Shown here: positions 62,275 through 64,000 of the stretch, one piece after another
How positions within the stretch are numbered: the first letter of the stretch is position 1
Layout of the letters: every line of letters begins with the position of its first letter
Source: Squalus acanthias
Taxonomy: Eukaryota
Length of the DNA: 64,000 nt
Direction: 5' to 3'
Assembly (NCBI GenBank): GCA_030390025.1
Contig: CM059432.1
Span: forward strand, 145,888,001-145,952,000
Notes under the pieces: generated by a model
The model's database searches: none
What the model saw: the letters and a program-made list of their open reading frames with translations, nothing else
Told to the model about the DNA's origin: nothing
Program-made: the position numbers and the translations under genes

Positions 62275-63614
62275 AAAAGCTTCTAAAAATGCTAAATATG
62301 AAGGTCAAGTAAATAGGAATCTCAAAAGTGGTGCTGAGGACCTAAACTCCTTCGGACAGCATTAAATCTCTCCAGACGTCTCTCTCCCTCTCAACCTGCA
62401 TGTACCAAAAATGTTGCCGACAAGAAAAAGCAGGAAGCGCCCGTCTTTAAATAGCGCTCCCCCAACCCCTTCCCGACTTGAAAACGTTCTCCTCTACCTG
62501 TCGTTCCTAACGGCAGGCGCTAAGGCAGGGGGCGTGAATTAATTTCCGGGCGCAGGAGATCGTGGCGGTAGTGTTTAACACCAGCGCAAAACGACAGGTC
62601 AATTTCGCGAGTGGCGCTAAAATCGCCACGCTCGGGCGCTAAGTTGCTAGCGCCCCCTGGAGGCGCGAACAGGAGGCGCTAACCAACCAAAGTTTTCCCC
62701 TTTGTGATTCTAGATGCAGTTTCAAAGCTATGTGTGCCAGTTAGCACTACCTCTCTTAAAATGGTACAGCACCGCTGTATCATTTTAGGAGAGATAGTGC
62801 TATCTGAGGATTTGATATGGGGGGCAGGCAGAGTTAAATATGCCCGGTGTCGCCGTGAGTACTTCAGTTTAAGTCTGCAATGGAGATTACCTGAAATTGC
62901 GATCTGTACTGATGCAGACTCCATTCTGGCAAAATTAAACTCTCTTAGAATCAGTTCCTTCTCTCTATTCAGTGCTTCCATGTATTTGGAAAAAGCCCAG
63001 GAATGCTGTTGAGTAGAAAAGTAAAATCAGTATTCTGATTGACTTACTGTTAAAAGTAAAACAGTAGCATTTTCCTTTCCTACAGTATAAGGTGTATTAT
63101 TATTGACTAAATAAACTGCCCCCAAAAATACATTGCATAATCCAATGACTGATGTTAAAAAATATATCTAAGAGACGTGCCTACGCAAAAGATAGTTGAT
63201 GAGCTGCTTGGTCCCTGAAAACATCACACCAAGGAAGACTATTGGTCTAAAATGTACAAGCTAGAGTTTCATTTGATTTATCTTTTGAGGGTGGAGTAAG
63301 AAACTTTGCAAAACTTTCCCTCAGGATATGAAATAGTTTCGAGTGAGTCTACAACAAAGTAAATTTGCACACTGCGGAAAGAAGGGGCTGAATATTTTTT
63401 TCTTATTTTTGCACTAAATTATGCTCTTAGTTGTTGCACAATTACTTCGCATGAATAGAGAATGTTCCAATAAAAAAACGCTTTCTGGATGAAGGTTCAC
63501 ATCAAGGTTCAGTGGTGGGAAAGGGTTCTTAGGGCTTCTTGACAGAACTCAGAGAGCAGAGGCAAGAAAATTGGAGACACTAGCAGGAGATGGCAAGTAC
63601 AATATGGCCTTACA

Positions 63615-64000
63615 AGAACATAAGAAATAGGAGCAGGAGTAGGCCATACGGCCCTTTGAGCCCGCTCTGCCATTCAATAAGATCATGGCTGATCTTCGAC
63701 CTCAACTCCACTTTCCTGCCCGATCTTCATATCCCTTGAATCCCCTAGAGTCCAAAAATCTATCTATCTCAACCTTGAATATAATCAACGACTCAGCATC
63801 CTCAGCCCTATGGGGTAGAGAATTCCAAAGATTCACAAACATCTGAGTGAAGAAATTCCTCCTCAGGTCAGTCTTAAATGGCCGACCTCTTATCCTGAGA
63901 CTATGCCCCCTAGTTCTAGATTCTCCAGCCCGGGGAAACAACCTCTCAGCATCTACCCTGTCAATCCCCCTCAGAATCTGATATGTTTCAATGAGATCAC
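63615..64000 (-). mobile_element. CR1 3' end (continues beyond the window)
   Basis: ORF 63702-63941 (RTRGHSLRIRG..FFTQ..WNSLP); tail complement AGAACATAAGAA at ~63615. Confidence 0.9.

Larger units (their letters stand above)
58623..62700. mobile_element. Structurally complete two-gene PIF/Harbinger DNA transposon (inactive copy)
   Basis: Imperfect TIR GGGGGAAAAATTGG / CCAAAGTTTTCCCC; TTT flanks (58620-58622, 62701-62703); convergent Myb/SANT (+) and DDE transposase (-) genes; repeated GCGCTAA subterminal motifs. Confidence 0.92.

Overview
Eukaryotic (vertebrate) genomic DNA, most likely a cartilaginous fish (shark), judged by eye from HE1/V-SINE-like and SacSINE1/DeuSINE-like SINEs and HER1-type CR1 LINEs. 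Most of the window is repeats: many decayed CR1 LINEs, one L2, one RTE, four copies of a CR1/L2-group LINE that has a tRNA-like 5' head and no ORF1, Penelope-derived hairpin elements, and a rich PIF/Harbinger family (one structurally complete two-gene element, Myb/SANT-retaining derivatives and several MITEs). The only host gene recognised is coding exon 1 of AVL9 (minus strand, 27527-27607). Its compact CpG-rich promoter (ETS, E-box, CRE, NRF1 motifs) is sandwiched between minisatellite arrays whose G-rich strands point away from it in both directions. Everything left of 27527 appears to be AVL9 intron 1, as exon 2 was not found. Several exon-like segments on the + strand (41-63 kb) may be relics of a divergent gene with a weak ZP-N-like cysteine pattern (low confidence). 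All assignments were made by eye with no database searches; boundaries of decayed repeats are approximate.
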